A stretch of 28,607 nucleotides of DNA, taken from NCBI GenBank assembly GCA_039208735.1, contig JBCCQY010000116.1, positions 1-28,607 on the forward strand, given 5' to 3'. Under the pieces are notes generated by a model. That model was not told the origin of the DNA, ran no database searches, and saw nothing but the letters and a program-made list of their open reading frames with translations. Positions within the stretch are counted from its first letter, which is position 1. The number at the start of each line of letters is the position of its first letter. Below are positions 11,606-22,561 of this stretch, piece by piece. The position numbers and the translations under genes are program-made. Source of the stretch: Myxococcota bacterium (GTDB lineage Bacteria > Myxococcota_A > UBA796 > GCA-2862545).

Positions 11606-14176
11606 GTGATCTGGTTCTCCTCCCTCGCCCTCGCCGCCCCGCCGAACCAGCAGGCCGACCTGATCGCCATCCCCGACGGTAGTGGGGTGGTCGACAGCTT
11701 GATCGTGAGCCACCCCTACGAAGACGAACCCAGCCAGATCCTGGTGGGTGTGGATCGCGGAGTTCCCGCCGCATTTGTTCTCGATCTTGACACCTGGGCC
11801 ATCACGACCCTCGACACGCCATCCGACTGCGGCGTTACGGGCGTTACGGCATTCGACCTTGAGAATGGCACAAGCCAAATCTGGATTTCGTGCTCTTCGG
11901 GTGACGTCGAAGGTCGCGAGTACGCCTCCGATGGTTCAGTGACGACCCTTGCGGGACCGACCGAACTCGCTCCCTCACTCACGGCGGTGTTCTACGACGG
12001 CTACTCCATCTCGTCGGCGGGACGCTTCGTCTACGCACTTTCGTTGCCCGGTGGCGGACAGAACGCCCAGATTCATGTGTTCGACCCCGTGACGTTGGCC
12101 ACCGACGCGCAGCTGCTCGCGAACTACCCCATGCTGCTCACGGCAACCGGCTACGAAGAGGGCTGGGTGGTGCCTACGGCAGGGCAAGGCGCGCTGGTGG
12201 TGAGCCACGGGTCGGGCGCTATGTCCACGCTCCAGCTGGCGTTGCCCGCCGCCGTCGCCATTCCCGAACAGCCGGCGTTTCCTGTAGATTGTGACGATAT
12301 GGCGCCCTCGCCCTTTATCGGTGAGGTCTTCTGCCTTGACCAGGAGACGTTTGACGACACCAGCGTCGGTCAGGTGTTCGCCTATCGCACGCAAACAAAT
12401 CAGTTCGCGCCAATCCTCGGACTAGACGGCATCACGGGTCCGCGAGCGGTGGGCGTGAGTGACGACCTGTCGGACAACTGGATTGCGGTCACCGGTGAGC
12501 AGGTCCAAGTGTGGGAGCTTGATGAGTACGGAGTTCTTGTCAATCCGGCGAATCCTGCTTTCGAAACCGAGCCATCCAACGACAACAATCCGATTCAAGA
12601 CATCGTGGCCACCGAAAGCTACCTTTTTGGCGGCGGAACCGAGGGGCGGCTTCACATTGTCACCGACCGACCCTGGGTCGATCGCGATTCGGTCATCCTG
12701 ACGCCGGGGCGGGTGATTCCGGGGGAGCAGGTAACGCTGACCTTCTCGGTCCCTGGTGATGATGTCGATTGGGAGGTTCGAGAAGGCGGTGACCGGACCG
12801 GGGCCGGGGGCGTGCTCCTTGAAGAAAGCGATGGCCCTGTCAAGGCCGGCGAGACCATTGAGGTCACGATTCCTGTCTCGGTGGAGGCCGCCGAAGGCCC
12901 GCGCGATCTTTTTGTCTTGGTGACGGACAGTGCCGGCGAAGTGGGACACGCCTCGGCGACCTACACGGTGGACGACATTCCTACTGCGCCGAACCTCCGC
13001 CAGAGTGGGGTGGGCTTTGGGGACCGGCGCGTGACCCTTGAATTCGAAGGCATCTCGGACGAAGACCTTTCGCTTTACCGCGTCTATGTCTCCACCGAAC
13101 CCTTCACTCCAGATGATGAATGGCCGAATGAGCAATCGGGGCCTGACTACCGGGGCGACACCAACCTGGTGGCTCCGTTCGACGTCGAGGCAGAGCCCGG
13201 CGAACAGCAACAGATCGCCATCTTCCCGTTGAGGAACGGCGTGACGCATTACATCGCCGTTCGCGCGGTCGATCAGGGCGGCAAGGAGAGTGAAATGAAG
13301 CGGGTGGTCGAAGGGGTCCCCGAACGCGGGCAAACCCTCTCCGAACGCACGAACGAACCGGGTGGTGCTCCCTGCGCCACCGGCGTCAGGGCAGCCTCGG
13401 GTGGAGCGATGCTCGGACTGATTGGAGCCGGGCTGTTGTTCCGTCGTCGTCAGGGAGCGTTGCTTGCGCTCGGGCTCGCCATCGGAGGGCTTGGGTTGGC
13501 TTCACCCGCGCAGGCCCAGGATGACGATGGGTATTCGCGTCAGTCGGTCTGGCAGCGCAAGGACAGCACGCCGGTACGGGCCAACCTCGAACTTCGGTAC
13601 GGCGTCCATTCACTGGCCGATGAAGATGCAGCCGCGCTGTACGATGAGTCGGTCGTCGATTCGTTTACCATTGAGGTTGGGCCGCAGATTTTCCGTTTTG
13701 TGGAAATCGACCTTGGGGTGGGCTTGATCCGGGAGAACTCGTTTACCGTTCGTCCCGGCAGCTTGATCCAGAGCAACGACGGAATGCGACTCACCGTGTT
13801 CCCCGCGTACCTCGACATCTCGGCCCGAGCCCATGTGTTCGATGAACAGCCGGTGGTACCCTTCTTCCGATTCGGCTTCGACTACGCGTTTTGGAACGAG
13901 AGCGTCGAAACCCCGAACGGCGAACGACGCAATGCGGCCCGGGGCGCGAAGGCAGGCAGCCACTACGGCGCGGGACTCAACTTGCTCATCGACACCTTGT
14001 CCCCCAATCGAGCGAGCCTCTTGGAAGCCCAGACGGGCATCAACGACACTTGGCTAACCCTCGAATGGCGCCGCAATCGCATCGACGCGCGGAATCGGCC
14101 GTGGCAAGCCGCCGTCGACCAAGGATTCACGCTGTCGGGCGATGTCTTCAGTGTCGGGCTCAAGCTCGACTACTGA
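11606..14176 (+). CDS. 856-aa envelope protein: surface domains (propeller/Ig/FN3-like) + internal MYXO-CTERM-like anchor + second signal peptide + outer-membrane beta-barrel (MXAN_2561/MXAN_2562-like fusion)
   Basis: GTG 11606 after AAGGAG gives N-terminus MIWFSSLALA-APP. FN3-like GDRRVTLEF...YRVY...LRNGVTHYIAVRAVDQGGKES. Linker GGAPCATG..MLGLIGAGLLFRRRQ-GALLALGLAIGGLGLASPAQA-QDD. The C-terminal 219 aa have alternating amphipathic strands ending GLKLDY. Confidence 0.8.
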   Translation: MIWFSSLALAAPPNQQADLIAIPDGSGVVDSLIVSHPYEDEPSQILVGVDRGVPAAFVLDLDTWAITTLDTPSDCGVTGVTAFDLENGTSQIWISCSSGDVEGREYASDGSVTTLAGPTELAPSLTAVFYDGYSISSAGRFVYALSLPGGGQNAQIHVFDPVTLATDAQLLANYPMLLTATGYEEGWVVPTAGQGALVVSHGSGAMSTLQLALPAAVAIPEQPAFPVDCDDMAPSPFIGEVFCLDQETFDDTSVGQVFAYRTQTNQFAPILGLDGITGPRAVGVSDDLSDNWIAVTGEQVQVWELDEYGVLVNPANPAFETEPSNDNNPIQDIVATESYLFGGGTEGRLHIVTDRPWVDRDSVILTPGRVIPGEQVTLTFSVPGDDVDWEVREGGDRTGAGGVLLEESDGPVKAGETIEVTIPVSVEAAEGPRDLFVLVTDSAGEVGHASATYTVDDIPTAPNLRQSGVGFGDRRVTLEFEGISDEDLSLYRVYVSTEPFTPDDEWPNEQSGPDYRGDTNLVAPFDVEAEPGEQQQIAIFPLRNGVTHYIAVRAVDQGGKESEMKRVVEGVPERGQTLSERTNEPGGAPCATGVRAASGGAMLGLIGAGLLFRRRQGALLALGLAIGGLGLASPAQAQDDDGYSRQSVWQRKDSTPVRANLELRYGVHSLADEDAAALYDESVVDSFTIEVGPQIFRFVEIDLGVGLIRENSFTVRPGSLIQSNDGMRLTVFPAYLDISARAHVFDEQPVVPFFRFGFDYAFWNESVETPNGERRNAARGAKAGSHYGAGLNLLIDTLSPNRASLLEAQTGINDTWLTLEWRRNRIDARNRPWQAAVDQGFTLSGDVFSVGLKLDY

Positions 14177-14921
14177 GCCATCCCAGCGGTGGCGCATCGA
14201 CCTTGAGTACGATGGTCGTGACTTTGCCGGGTGGCAGCTGCAACCTGGGACTGCGACCATCCAAGGCGCGATCGAAGACGCCCTGACGCACCTGTTGGGC
14301 CAGTCCGTTCGGGTCGCGGGCGCAGGCCGTACGGATGCAGGCGTGCACGCAGCGAAGCAAGTCGCGAGCTTCGTGACGACGGTGGAACGGCCCCCCGAGC
14401 GAATGCGGGGAGGCCTCAATCGATTTCTGCCGTCGTCGATCGCATGCTTGTCCGCTCAACCCGTTCCGTTGACCTTCGATCCGCGTCGCGATCCCCACGT
14501 CAAGACCTACCGGTACACCTGGTTGGTGCGTCCTAGTCGTTCGCCGTTGCGTGAGGGGAGGGTGTGGCATGAACGCCGCCCTCTCGAAGTTTCGACCATG
14601 CATACCGCAGTGCAAGCGATCGTCGGCACCCACGACTTCACGTCCTTTCGAGCCGTGGGGTGCTCGGCCAAACACCCCATTCGCACTGTGCCGGAAGCCT
14701 GCGTCGAAGCCGTTGGGGATGAAGTGCGGCTTGAGGTTCGAGGCACGGGATTTCTTCGTCACATGGTGCGGATTCTCGCGGGCACTCTGCATGAAGTGGG
14801 CCGAGGGAAACGAACCCTCGACGAGTTTGTCGCCGTGCTCGAAGGCAAGGATCGAACCCAGGCGGGGCCCACGGCCCCGGCGTCCGGGTTGCTCCTGGCT
14901 GACATTACCTACGACGAATGA
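14142..14921 (+). CDS. truA: tRNA pseudouridine(38-40) synthase TruA
   Basis: LEYDGRDFAGWQ, AGRTDAGVHA, GTHDFTSF, FLRHMVR, TAPASGL. Start position uncertain. Confidence 0.96.
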   Translation: MSSVSGSSSTTEPSQRWRIDLEYDGRDFAGWQLQPGTATIQGAIEDALTHLLGQSVRVAGAGRTDAGVHAAKQVASFVTTVERPPERMRGGLNRFLPSSIACLSAQPVPLTFDPRRDPHVKTYRYTWLVRPSRSPLREGRVWHERRPLEVSTMHTAVQAIVGTHDFTSFRAVGCSAKHPIRTVPEACVEAVGDEVRLEVRGTGFLRHMVRILAGTLHEVGRGKRTLDEFVAVLEGKDRTQAGPTAPASGLLLADITYDE

Positions 14922-15215
14922 TCATTCGAGATCGTCGTCGTCGTCGTTTCCAAGGCCCAGGTTGATGCCTTCCTCTTCATCATCGTCGCCGTCTTCAACC
15001 TCCTCTTCGAGCTGAGGAGCCGGCTCTTCTTCGGCTTCGACTTTCCGACGTTTGCCACCGCCCTTTGACAACAGCGCCTTCACGTCTTGCACGGGCGCGT
15101 TGGTCTGGTCGGCTCCGCACTCCGGGCAAATGGGAGCGGGTCGGTTGAGATCGTAGAACTTGGTGCCGCACTCGTAGCAGGTGTATCGGGTGCCCAGGCG
15201 GGTCTTGTCGAGCAT
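14922..15215 (-). CDS. FYDLN-acid domain protein (TIGR02300-like zinc ribbon with acidic tail)
   Basis: LGTRYTCYECGTKFYDLNRPAPICPECG and a D/E-rich C-terminus. Confidence 0.92.
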   Translation of the reverse strand: MLDKTRLGTRYTCYECGTKFYDLNRPAPICPECGADQTNAPVQDVKALLSKGGGKRRKVEAEEEPAPQLEEEVEDGDDDEEEGINLGLGNDDDDDLE

Positions 15216-15392
15216 GGGTCTCCTGCGAAATCGCCGTGGATGGGGAGCTTTGGTGGGTGCCTGGTCGCAATGGATCGCCGAAGCGAAGTTGAAGCGAGCG
15301 AGCGGGCATCCACCGTTGTCGACAGTTCCCTGTAGCGACGATTGTTCGAGAAGGCTACCATCGCGAGGATGGAGTCCCGCCGGAGAGGATCG

Positions 15393-16898
15393 ATGTACCG
15401 AAGTGCTTTCTTGCTACCCCTGATTGGCGTTCTCGCCGCATGCAGTGGCACAGATACGACTGTGACTTCCTCGGATCTTCGGATTGATGAGGCGGGTAAC
15501 GACGACCCGGATAGCGAAGGCACGCAAATGTGCGTGAACTCCGAAGGTCACGTGTTCGTCATCTGGATGGACAACCGTTCCGACATCAACGGCAACAAGC
15601 GGGACATCTGGTTCAACCGCTCGCTGCGTCAGGGCGATGACGGCACCTGGTTGCCCCAGCCCAAGCGCATCAATGTGGGCGATCCCAACAAGCCGGGCGA
15701 CGGTCAGGTCTACAACCCTCGCCTGACCTGCAACGACCTTGGCGTCTACGTGGTGTGGGAAGACGATCGCGATGGCCTGCTGGCCAACCATCAGATCTAC
15801 TTCAACCGCTCGTTCGACGGTGGCGACACCTGGTTGGAAGAAGACCTGCAGATCGACTCCATGGACCCGGGGGGCGGCTCCATGTCGCTGCTGCCCGAGA
15901 TCAAGGCGGTGGGTCAGAACATCCACATTGCGTGGTACGACGGCTTCAATGGCCCGTTCGACATCTACTACGCTCTGTCCTCCGACGGCGGCACGACGTT
16001 CAACTCGCCGCAGGCCCTCGACATCACGCGGGGCTTCGCGTTCTCCTCGAACCCGCGCATCGATGCCAGCATCGACGGCCAAAACGTGTGGGTTGTGTGG
16101 GAAGAGTCGCGTGACGGCCAGTCGGACATCTACGTCAACCGTTCGCGCAACGGCGGTGTGACGTTTAGCGGGGCCCAGCGGCTCGACCGTGGCGACGACA
16201 ACGGAGCCACCAACAGCTTCGCGCCCGAAATCTGCAGCGACGGGCAGCAGTTTGTCTATGTCGTGTGGCACGACGAGCGCGACAGCACCGAAAATCGCGA
16301 CATCTACTACAACTTCTCCGCCAACGCGGGGCAGGAGTGGTTCGCGGTCGCCCGTCGCCTCGACGACGGCGATGCCAATGGCTTCTCGAACAGCCTCTTC
16401 CCCACCTGTGTCAGTGAAGGCGCGATCGCCCACGTGGTTTGGCAGGACTTCCGGACGCTCAACGCGTTCGACATCTGGTACCGCGAAATCACCAACGGCA
16501 ACCCAGCTCCCGAAGAAGAGCGGGTCGACCTTGGCATTCCCAACTTCGCCGAAATCGAAGGGTTCGCAAACTCGGTAGATGCCCAAGTGGCCATTGCCGA
16601 TGGTCGCGTCGGAGTGGCGTGGGTCGACTTCCGCGAAGAAGCGGCTACGGGTGCGGATCGTGGTTTTGGTGACCTGCACTACAACTACAAGGAAGCGGGC
16701 GAGAGCTTCCAGGCCAACGACTTCCGTGTCGACAGCTGGGATGCCGGCGGTAGCTTCAAGACCGACGTGAACTTCCAGATGCTCGGTGGTCAGCTCTACG
16801 CAGCCTGGACCGATGGCCGTTCGGGCACGTTCGACATCTACTTCACCCGCCTGACGATCGGTGAAGAGGGTGAGCCGCCCGTTCGCTCCGAGAACTGA
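15393..16898 (+). CDS. Lipoprotein with about 8 Asp-box/BNR-like repeats (sialidase-fold beta-propeller)
   Basis: ATG 15393 after GGAGAGG, lipobox LAA-C. Repeated V(V/A)WxDxR...DI(Y/W)xxxSxDGGxT(W/F). Confidence 0.85.
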   Translation: MYRSAFLLPLIGVLAACSGTDTTVTSSDLRIDEAGNDDPDSEGTQMCVNSEGHVFVIWMDNRSDINGNKRDIWFNRSLRQGDDGTWLPQPKRINVGDPNKPGDGQVYNPRLTCNDLGVYVVWEDDRDGLLANHQIYFNRSFDGGDTWLEEDLQIDSMDPGGGSMSLLPEIKAVGQNIHIAWYDGFNGPFDIYYALSSDGGTTFNSPQALDITRGFAFSSNPRIDASIDGQNVWVVWEESRDGQSDIYVNRSRNGGVTFSGAQRLDRGDDNGATNSFAPEICSDGQQFVYVVWHDERDSTENRDIYYNFSANAGQEWFAVARRLDDGDANGFSNSLFPTCVSEGAIAHVVWQDFRTLNAFDIWYREITNGNPAPEEERVDLGIPNFAEIEGFANSVDAQVAIADGRVGVAWVDFREEAATGADRGFGDLHYNYKEAGESFQANDFRVDSWDAGGSFKTDVNFQMLGGQLYAAWTDGRSGTFDIYFTRLTIGEEGEPPVRSEN

Positions 16899-17159
16899 TC
16901 TGAGGGGTTGACTCGTTGGCGGCGAGGATGGCAAAGCGTCCTCGCCCCCGAGTCCCTTGACATCAGCGGAGTGCACCGATACTCCGCACCGGTTCGGACT
17001 GTTCGTCGTCTGATCTCCTGGAGATCTGCCCTACCGACGGTCCCCTACTTCTCGACCCCGTGTCCTCGCTCCTCTTCGTCTTTCGGCGACCGAGGGCGCG
17101 GCACCTCGCCCGATGTTCGCGGGATCCTCCGCACGTCGGCTCCCAAGGAAAGACTCCAG

Positions 17160-17591
17160 ATGCGTACCTACAGCGCGAAGCCCGGCGAGGTTGAGCGGAA
17201 TTGGTTCGTCGTCGACGCAAGCGAGTACAACCTCGGCCGTCTCGCCTCACGCATCGCCACCGTGCTGCGTGGCAAGCACAAGCCGACGTTCACGCCGCAC
17301 GTTGACACCGGCGACTTCGTGATTGTCATCAACGCTTCGCAGGTGAACTTGACCGGCGCGAAGCTCGAGCGGAAGCGCTATCACCGGTATTCGGGCTACC
17401 CGGGTGGGCTGCGGTCCATCGAGGCGGTCAACGTCCGCGAAGAAGACCCCGATCGGATGATTCGCCAGGCGGTTCGGGGCATGTTGCCCAAGAACTTGCT
17501 GTCACGTCGGCTGCTCTCGAAGCTCAAGGTGTATGGAGGCGCGGAACATCCGCACGCCGCCCAGAAGCCGCAACCGTTCCCGAACGTATAG
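17160..17591 (+). CDS. rplM: 50S ribosomal protein L13
   Basis: [37 protein letters not shown]. Confidence 0.98.
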   Translation: MRTYSAKPGEVERNWFVVDASEYNLGRLASRIATVLRGKHKPTFTPHVDTGDFVIVINASQVNLTGAKLERKRYHRYSGYPGGLRSIEAVNVREEDPDRMIRQAVRGMLPKNLLSRRLLSKLKVYGGAEHPHAAQKPQPFPNV

Positions 17592-17598
17592 GTCATTC

Positions 17599-17997
17599 AT
17601 GGCAAGCGAACTCGTCCAGTACTACGGCACCGGCCGACGCAAGACGTCGAGCGCCCGGGTGTTCCTGCGGCCCGGCAATGGCCATATCTTCGTCAATGAT
17701 CGTCCCCTCGAGGATTACTTCCCTCGTCCGACGCTCGTGATGGACCTCAAGCAGCCGCTCGAACTCACCGAGTCGGTCGACAAGTTCGACGCGAAGATCA
17801 CGGTGAAGGGCGGTGGCATGAACGGCCAGGCGGGAGCGATTCGACTCGGTCTGGCGCGGGCTCTCATCCTCGCCAACCCCGACTTCCGGGCCATCTTGAA
17901 GCCGGCCGGTTTGCTCACCCGCGACGCGCGGAAGGTCGAGCGGAAGAAGTACGGTCAGCGTGGTGCCCGTCGTCGCTTCCAGTTCTCGAAGCGCTAA
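17599..17997 (+). CDS. rpsI: 30S ribosomal protein S9
   Basis: [41 protein letters not shown]. Confidence 0.98.
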   Translation: MASELVQYYGTGRRKTSSARVFLRPGNGHIFVNDRPLEDYFPRPTLVMDLKQPLELTESVDKFDAKITVKGGGMNGQAGAIRLGLARALILANPDFRAILKPAGLLTRDARKVERKKYGQRGARRRFQFSKR

Positions 17998-18015
17998 GGC
18001 CACCGAGTTCCGTCG

Positions 18016-18702
18016 ATGCCCCGTTGGTGGGCGATCATTCCGGCCCGGTGGGGGTCACGACGACTCCCCGGGAAGGTTCTCGCCCACATCGGGGGACGTT
18101 CGCTTCTCGAACACGTCTGGCGTGCGACCGCGGCCACTCCCGAATTCCATCGGGTGGTGGTCGCGACCGACGATTCTCACGTGGCGGAAGTCGCTCGCGG
18201 CTTTGGAGCCGAGGTGGAACGCACGGGTTGGGCCGATTCCGGTACGGCTCGGGCCGCGCAGGTGGCCTCCGAGGATGTGGCGGTGGCGGTCGTGCAAGCC
18301 GACCAGTTGAACCTCGAACCCGCGAGTCTCACCGCGCTCATCGCGACGATCGAGGATGCACCGATCGCCACACTGTGGACCGCCTATACCGGCGACCCAC
18401 AGGATCCGGCGAGAGTGAAGATCCGGACGGAAGGTGTCCGGGTGTTAGACTTTGCTCGAACCGTGTTTCCGGATGCGCCGCTGAGACAGCACGTAGGCCT
18501 GTATGCGTTCGCTCCAGGATGGCTTGCGCGGTGCGTGAACCGGGGTCGAACGCTGCGGGCTCACACGCATGATCTCGAGCAATTGTCCTGGCTCGACGCG
18601 GGCTATTCAATGGCAGCCCGTGAGGTCGCAGACGCGGGATGGTCGGTGGACACCCCGGCTCAGTTGGCAGAGGCGCGAGCCGTCTTCGCCGAACGAACAT
18701 AA
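18016..18702 (+). CDS. kdsB: 3-deoxy-manno-octulosonate cytidylyltransferase-like protein (divergent)
   Basis: IIPARWGSRRLPGKVLA, VVATDD, SGTAR, HVGLYAF, LEQLSWL, VDTP. Located directly before pyrG. Confidence 0.82.
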   Translation: MPRWWAIIPARWGSRRLPGKVLAHIGGRSLLEHVWRATAATPEFHRVVVATDDSHVAEVARGFGAEVERTGWADSGTARAAQVASEDVAVAVVQADQLNLEPASLTALIATIEDAPIATLWTAYTGDPQDPARVKIRTEGVRVLDFARTVFPDAPLRQHVGLYAFAPGWLARCVNRGRTLRAHTHDLEQLSWLDAGYSMAAREVADAGWSVDTPAQLAEARAVFAERT

Positions 18703-18712
18703 ACAGCCGTGA

Positions 18713-20413
<1,701 letters not shown>

Positions 20414-20480
20414 GGCGTCGCGACTGGACGCACGCCATCAAGGACGGCACGGATCTCGCATAGGATTTTGAGGGGCGGGC

Positions 20481-20508
20481 TTTACACCACGAGCTGGTGG
20501 CATATAAT
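20481..20508 (+). promoter_or_regulatory. sigma70-type promoter upstream of rpoN
   Basis: TTTACA (20481-86), 16 nt spacer, TATAAT (20503-08) in a GC-rich background. Confidence 0.6.
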
Positions 20509-20669
20509 GGAAGCGAGACGAGGGTGGCGCTGTTCTAGAAACGCAGCGCCAACCTCGCGATCCGCTCTCTCTTCACCGTTGCGTTCACGTCACTTGCGTG
20601 GACACACTCACCACGATCGATCGGGTGTCGTCAGGACATCCTTGTCGTGGTGCATCTTCCGGGGATTGC

Positions 20670-22118
20670 ATGCCTGACATTTCCGTCGGCCTCCAAATCG
20701 GGATGAAGCAGAACCTGGTGATGACGCCGATGCTGCAGCAGGCCATCAAGCTGCTGCAGTACAACCATCTCGAGATGGTGGCGCATGTCCAGGAAGCCAT
20801 GCTGGAAAATCCGACCTTGGAGGTTGTGCCGGATAGTGCGGGTTCCGAACCTGATGCAGAACGTGCCTTGCGGGATCGCACCGAACAGTCGGCAAATCAG
20901 GAGTCGAAGGAACAGGGCAACGGGGAGACGGTTGAGAATTTTGACTGGGAAGGGTTTCTCTCTCAAATGAGTGACCGCCCGGCGCGGGTTCATGGCACGG
21001 CGGGAGGCACGATCCATGACGATCTCCCCCCTATCGAAACCAATTTGACGTACGGGGAGTCCCTCGCGGATCACCTGCTTTTCCAGTTGCACCTGTTGCG
21101 ATGTGGGGAAGATGAAGCGCGCGCGGCCGAAGCGATTGTCCACTCGTTAGACGACCGAGGCTATTTGGCCGTTCCCCTCCAGGAAGTCGCCACCCAAGGG
21201 AAGGTCGATCTCGAGGTCGCAGAAGAGGCGTTGGAGCTTATCCAAAGCCTCGATCCCGTAGGGTGTGGAGCTCGGGGACTTGGCGAATGCCTCGTCATCC
21301 AGGCTCGCGTGGTGTTTCCCGAAGACGATAATTTCGAACGCATCCTGACGGATCATCTCGAAAACCTCGAACGCCGAAACTATGCCGAAATCGCTCGCAA
21401 GCTCGATCTCGAACTCGAGGATGTCATCGAGTACCACAAAATGATCCAGGAGCTGGAGCCTCGTCCTGGCCGCGGATTCACGACCGAAGACGCCCGGTAC
21501 ATCACCCCCGACATTCACGTAGTGAAGCGGCAGGGGGAATGGATGGTTTCGCTCAACGAAGATGGCATGCCGGACCTTCGGGTCAGTCGCTACTACCAAC
21601 AGGTCCTGAAAGGGGCATCCAAGGCGGACCGCGACTACCTTCTCGACAAGTTGCGGGGCGCGAAATTCCTCATCAAGTCCATCAATAATCGTCGCAGCAC
21701 CATTCGAAAGGTGATGGAAAGCATCCTAAAGTTTCAGCGTGACTTCTTTGACCACGGGGTCGACCGGCTCCGTCCCATGGTCCTGCAAGACGTTGCCGAC
21801 GACGTTGACGTGCACATGTCGACCGTCTCACGGGTCACGAAAAACAAGTATGTGCACACGCCCCATGGCATTTTCGAGCTCAAATTCTTCTTTTCCGCCG
21901 CGGTGAAGCAGCAAAGTGGCGGAGACATGGCCGCCGAGGCCATCAAGAGCAAGATCAAGACGATCATGGCCGATGAGAATCCGAAGAAGCCGATGTCTGA
22001 CCAGGCGATTGCCAATGCGCTGAAGGCGGACGGGATTCGGGTCGCCCGGCGAACGGTGGCCAAGTATCGAGAAGCCATGGGCATTTTGCCGTCATCGAAG
22101 CGTAAGCAAATGTTCTGA
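20670..22118 (+). CDS. rpoN: RNA polymerase sigma-54 factor
   Basis: Q.LVMTPMLQQAIKLLQ, HMSTVSRVT, RpoN box ARRTVAKYRE. Confidence 0.97.
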   Translation: MPDISVGLQIGMKQNLVMTPMLQQAIKLLQYNHLEMVAHVQEAMLENPTLEVVPDSAGSEPDAERALRDRTEQSANQESKEQGNGETVENFDWEGFLSQMSDRPARVHGTAGGTIHDDLPPIETNLTYGESLADHLLFQLHLLRCGEDEARAAEAIVHSLDDRGYLAVPLQEVATQGKVDLEVAEEALELIQSLDPVGCGARGLGECLVIQARVVFPEDDNFERILTDHLENLERRNYAEIARKLDLELEDVIEYHKMIQELEPRPGRGFTTEDARYITPDIHVVKRQGEWMVSLNEDGMPDLRVSRYYQQVLKGASKADRDYLLDKLRGAKFLIKSINNRRSTIRKVMESILKFQRDFFDHGVDRLRPMVLQDVADDVDVHMSTVSRVTKNKYVHTPHGIFELKFFFSAAVKQQSGGDMAAEAIKSKIKTIMADENPKKPMSDQAIANALKADGIRVARRTVAKYREAMGILPSSKRKQMF

Positions 22119-22216
22119 ACATCCTATGCCGGCGGCTTCTGCACCCGCATTCGCCTCTGATAAGATGGGGAGACACGCTCCAGCGAGGCCCGTTGCGGCC
22201 CACGAGTGAGGTCCCC

Positions 22217-22561
22217 ATGCATCTCGAAGTCACGTTCAAGAACCTTCGCCCTCGTAAGGAGGTCCGTGAACGTGCTGAGTTGTTGTTCGGCAAACTCGAG
22301 CGCTTTCTCGAGCCCGCGTCCGAAGGCCAGCTCACCGTCGAGATTGAGCACCAGGACGCCATTGTCGAGCTGATCGTCAACGCCTGGGGTGAGACGCATA
22401 CCGTGTCTCATGAAGAAGACGACCTGCGTACGTCGCTCGACAAGGTCTTCCACACCATGGAAACGAGACTGCGTCGCCACAAAGAGCGGCGGGTTGACGC
22501 GCGTCGCGTCGGAGCGCCCGAGGCGGATGGGTTCACCGTCGCCGAGATTGAGGAGGCGTGA
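22217..22561 (+). CDS. hpf: Ribosome hibernation factor HPF/RaiA family, short form (114 aa)
   Basis: Position after rpoN. MHLEVTFKNL...KLERFL...DLRTSLDKVF..METRLRRHKER matches the S30AE pattern. Confidence 0.8.
   Translation: MHLEVTFKNLRPRKEVRERAELLFGKLERFLEPASEGQLTVEIEHQDAIVELIVNAWGETHTVSHEEDDLRTSLDKVFHTMETRLRRHKERRVDARRVGAPEADGFTVAEIEEA

Noticed and set aside
20495..22150. Possible sigma-54 (-24/-12) promoters: TGGCAT at 20498 and GGC..TGCA near 22131
   Set aside because: GG-N10-GC spacing is not met in either case. The first fits a sigma70 promoter better.
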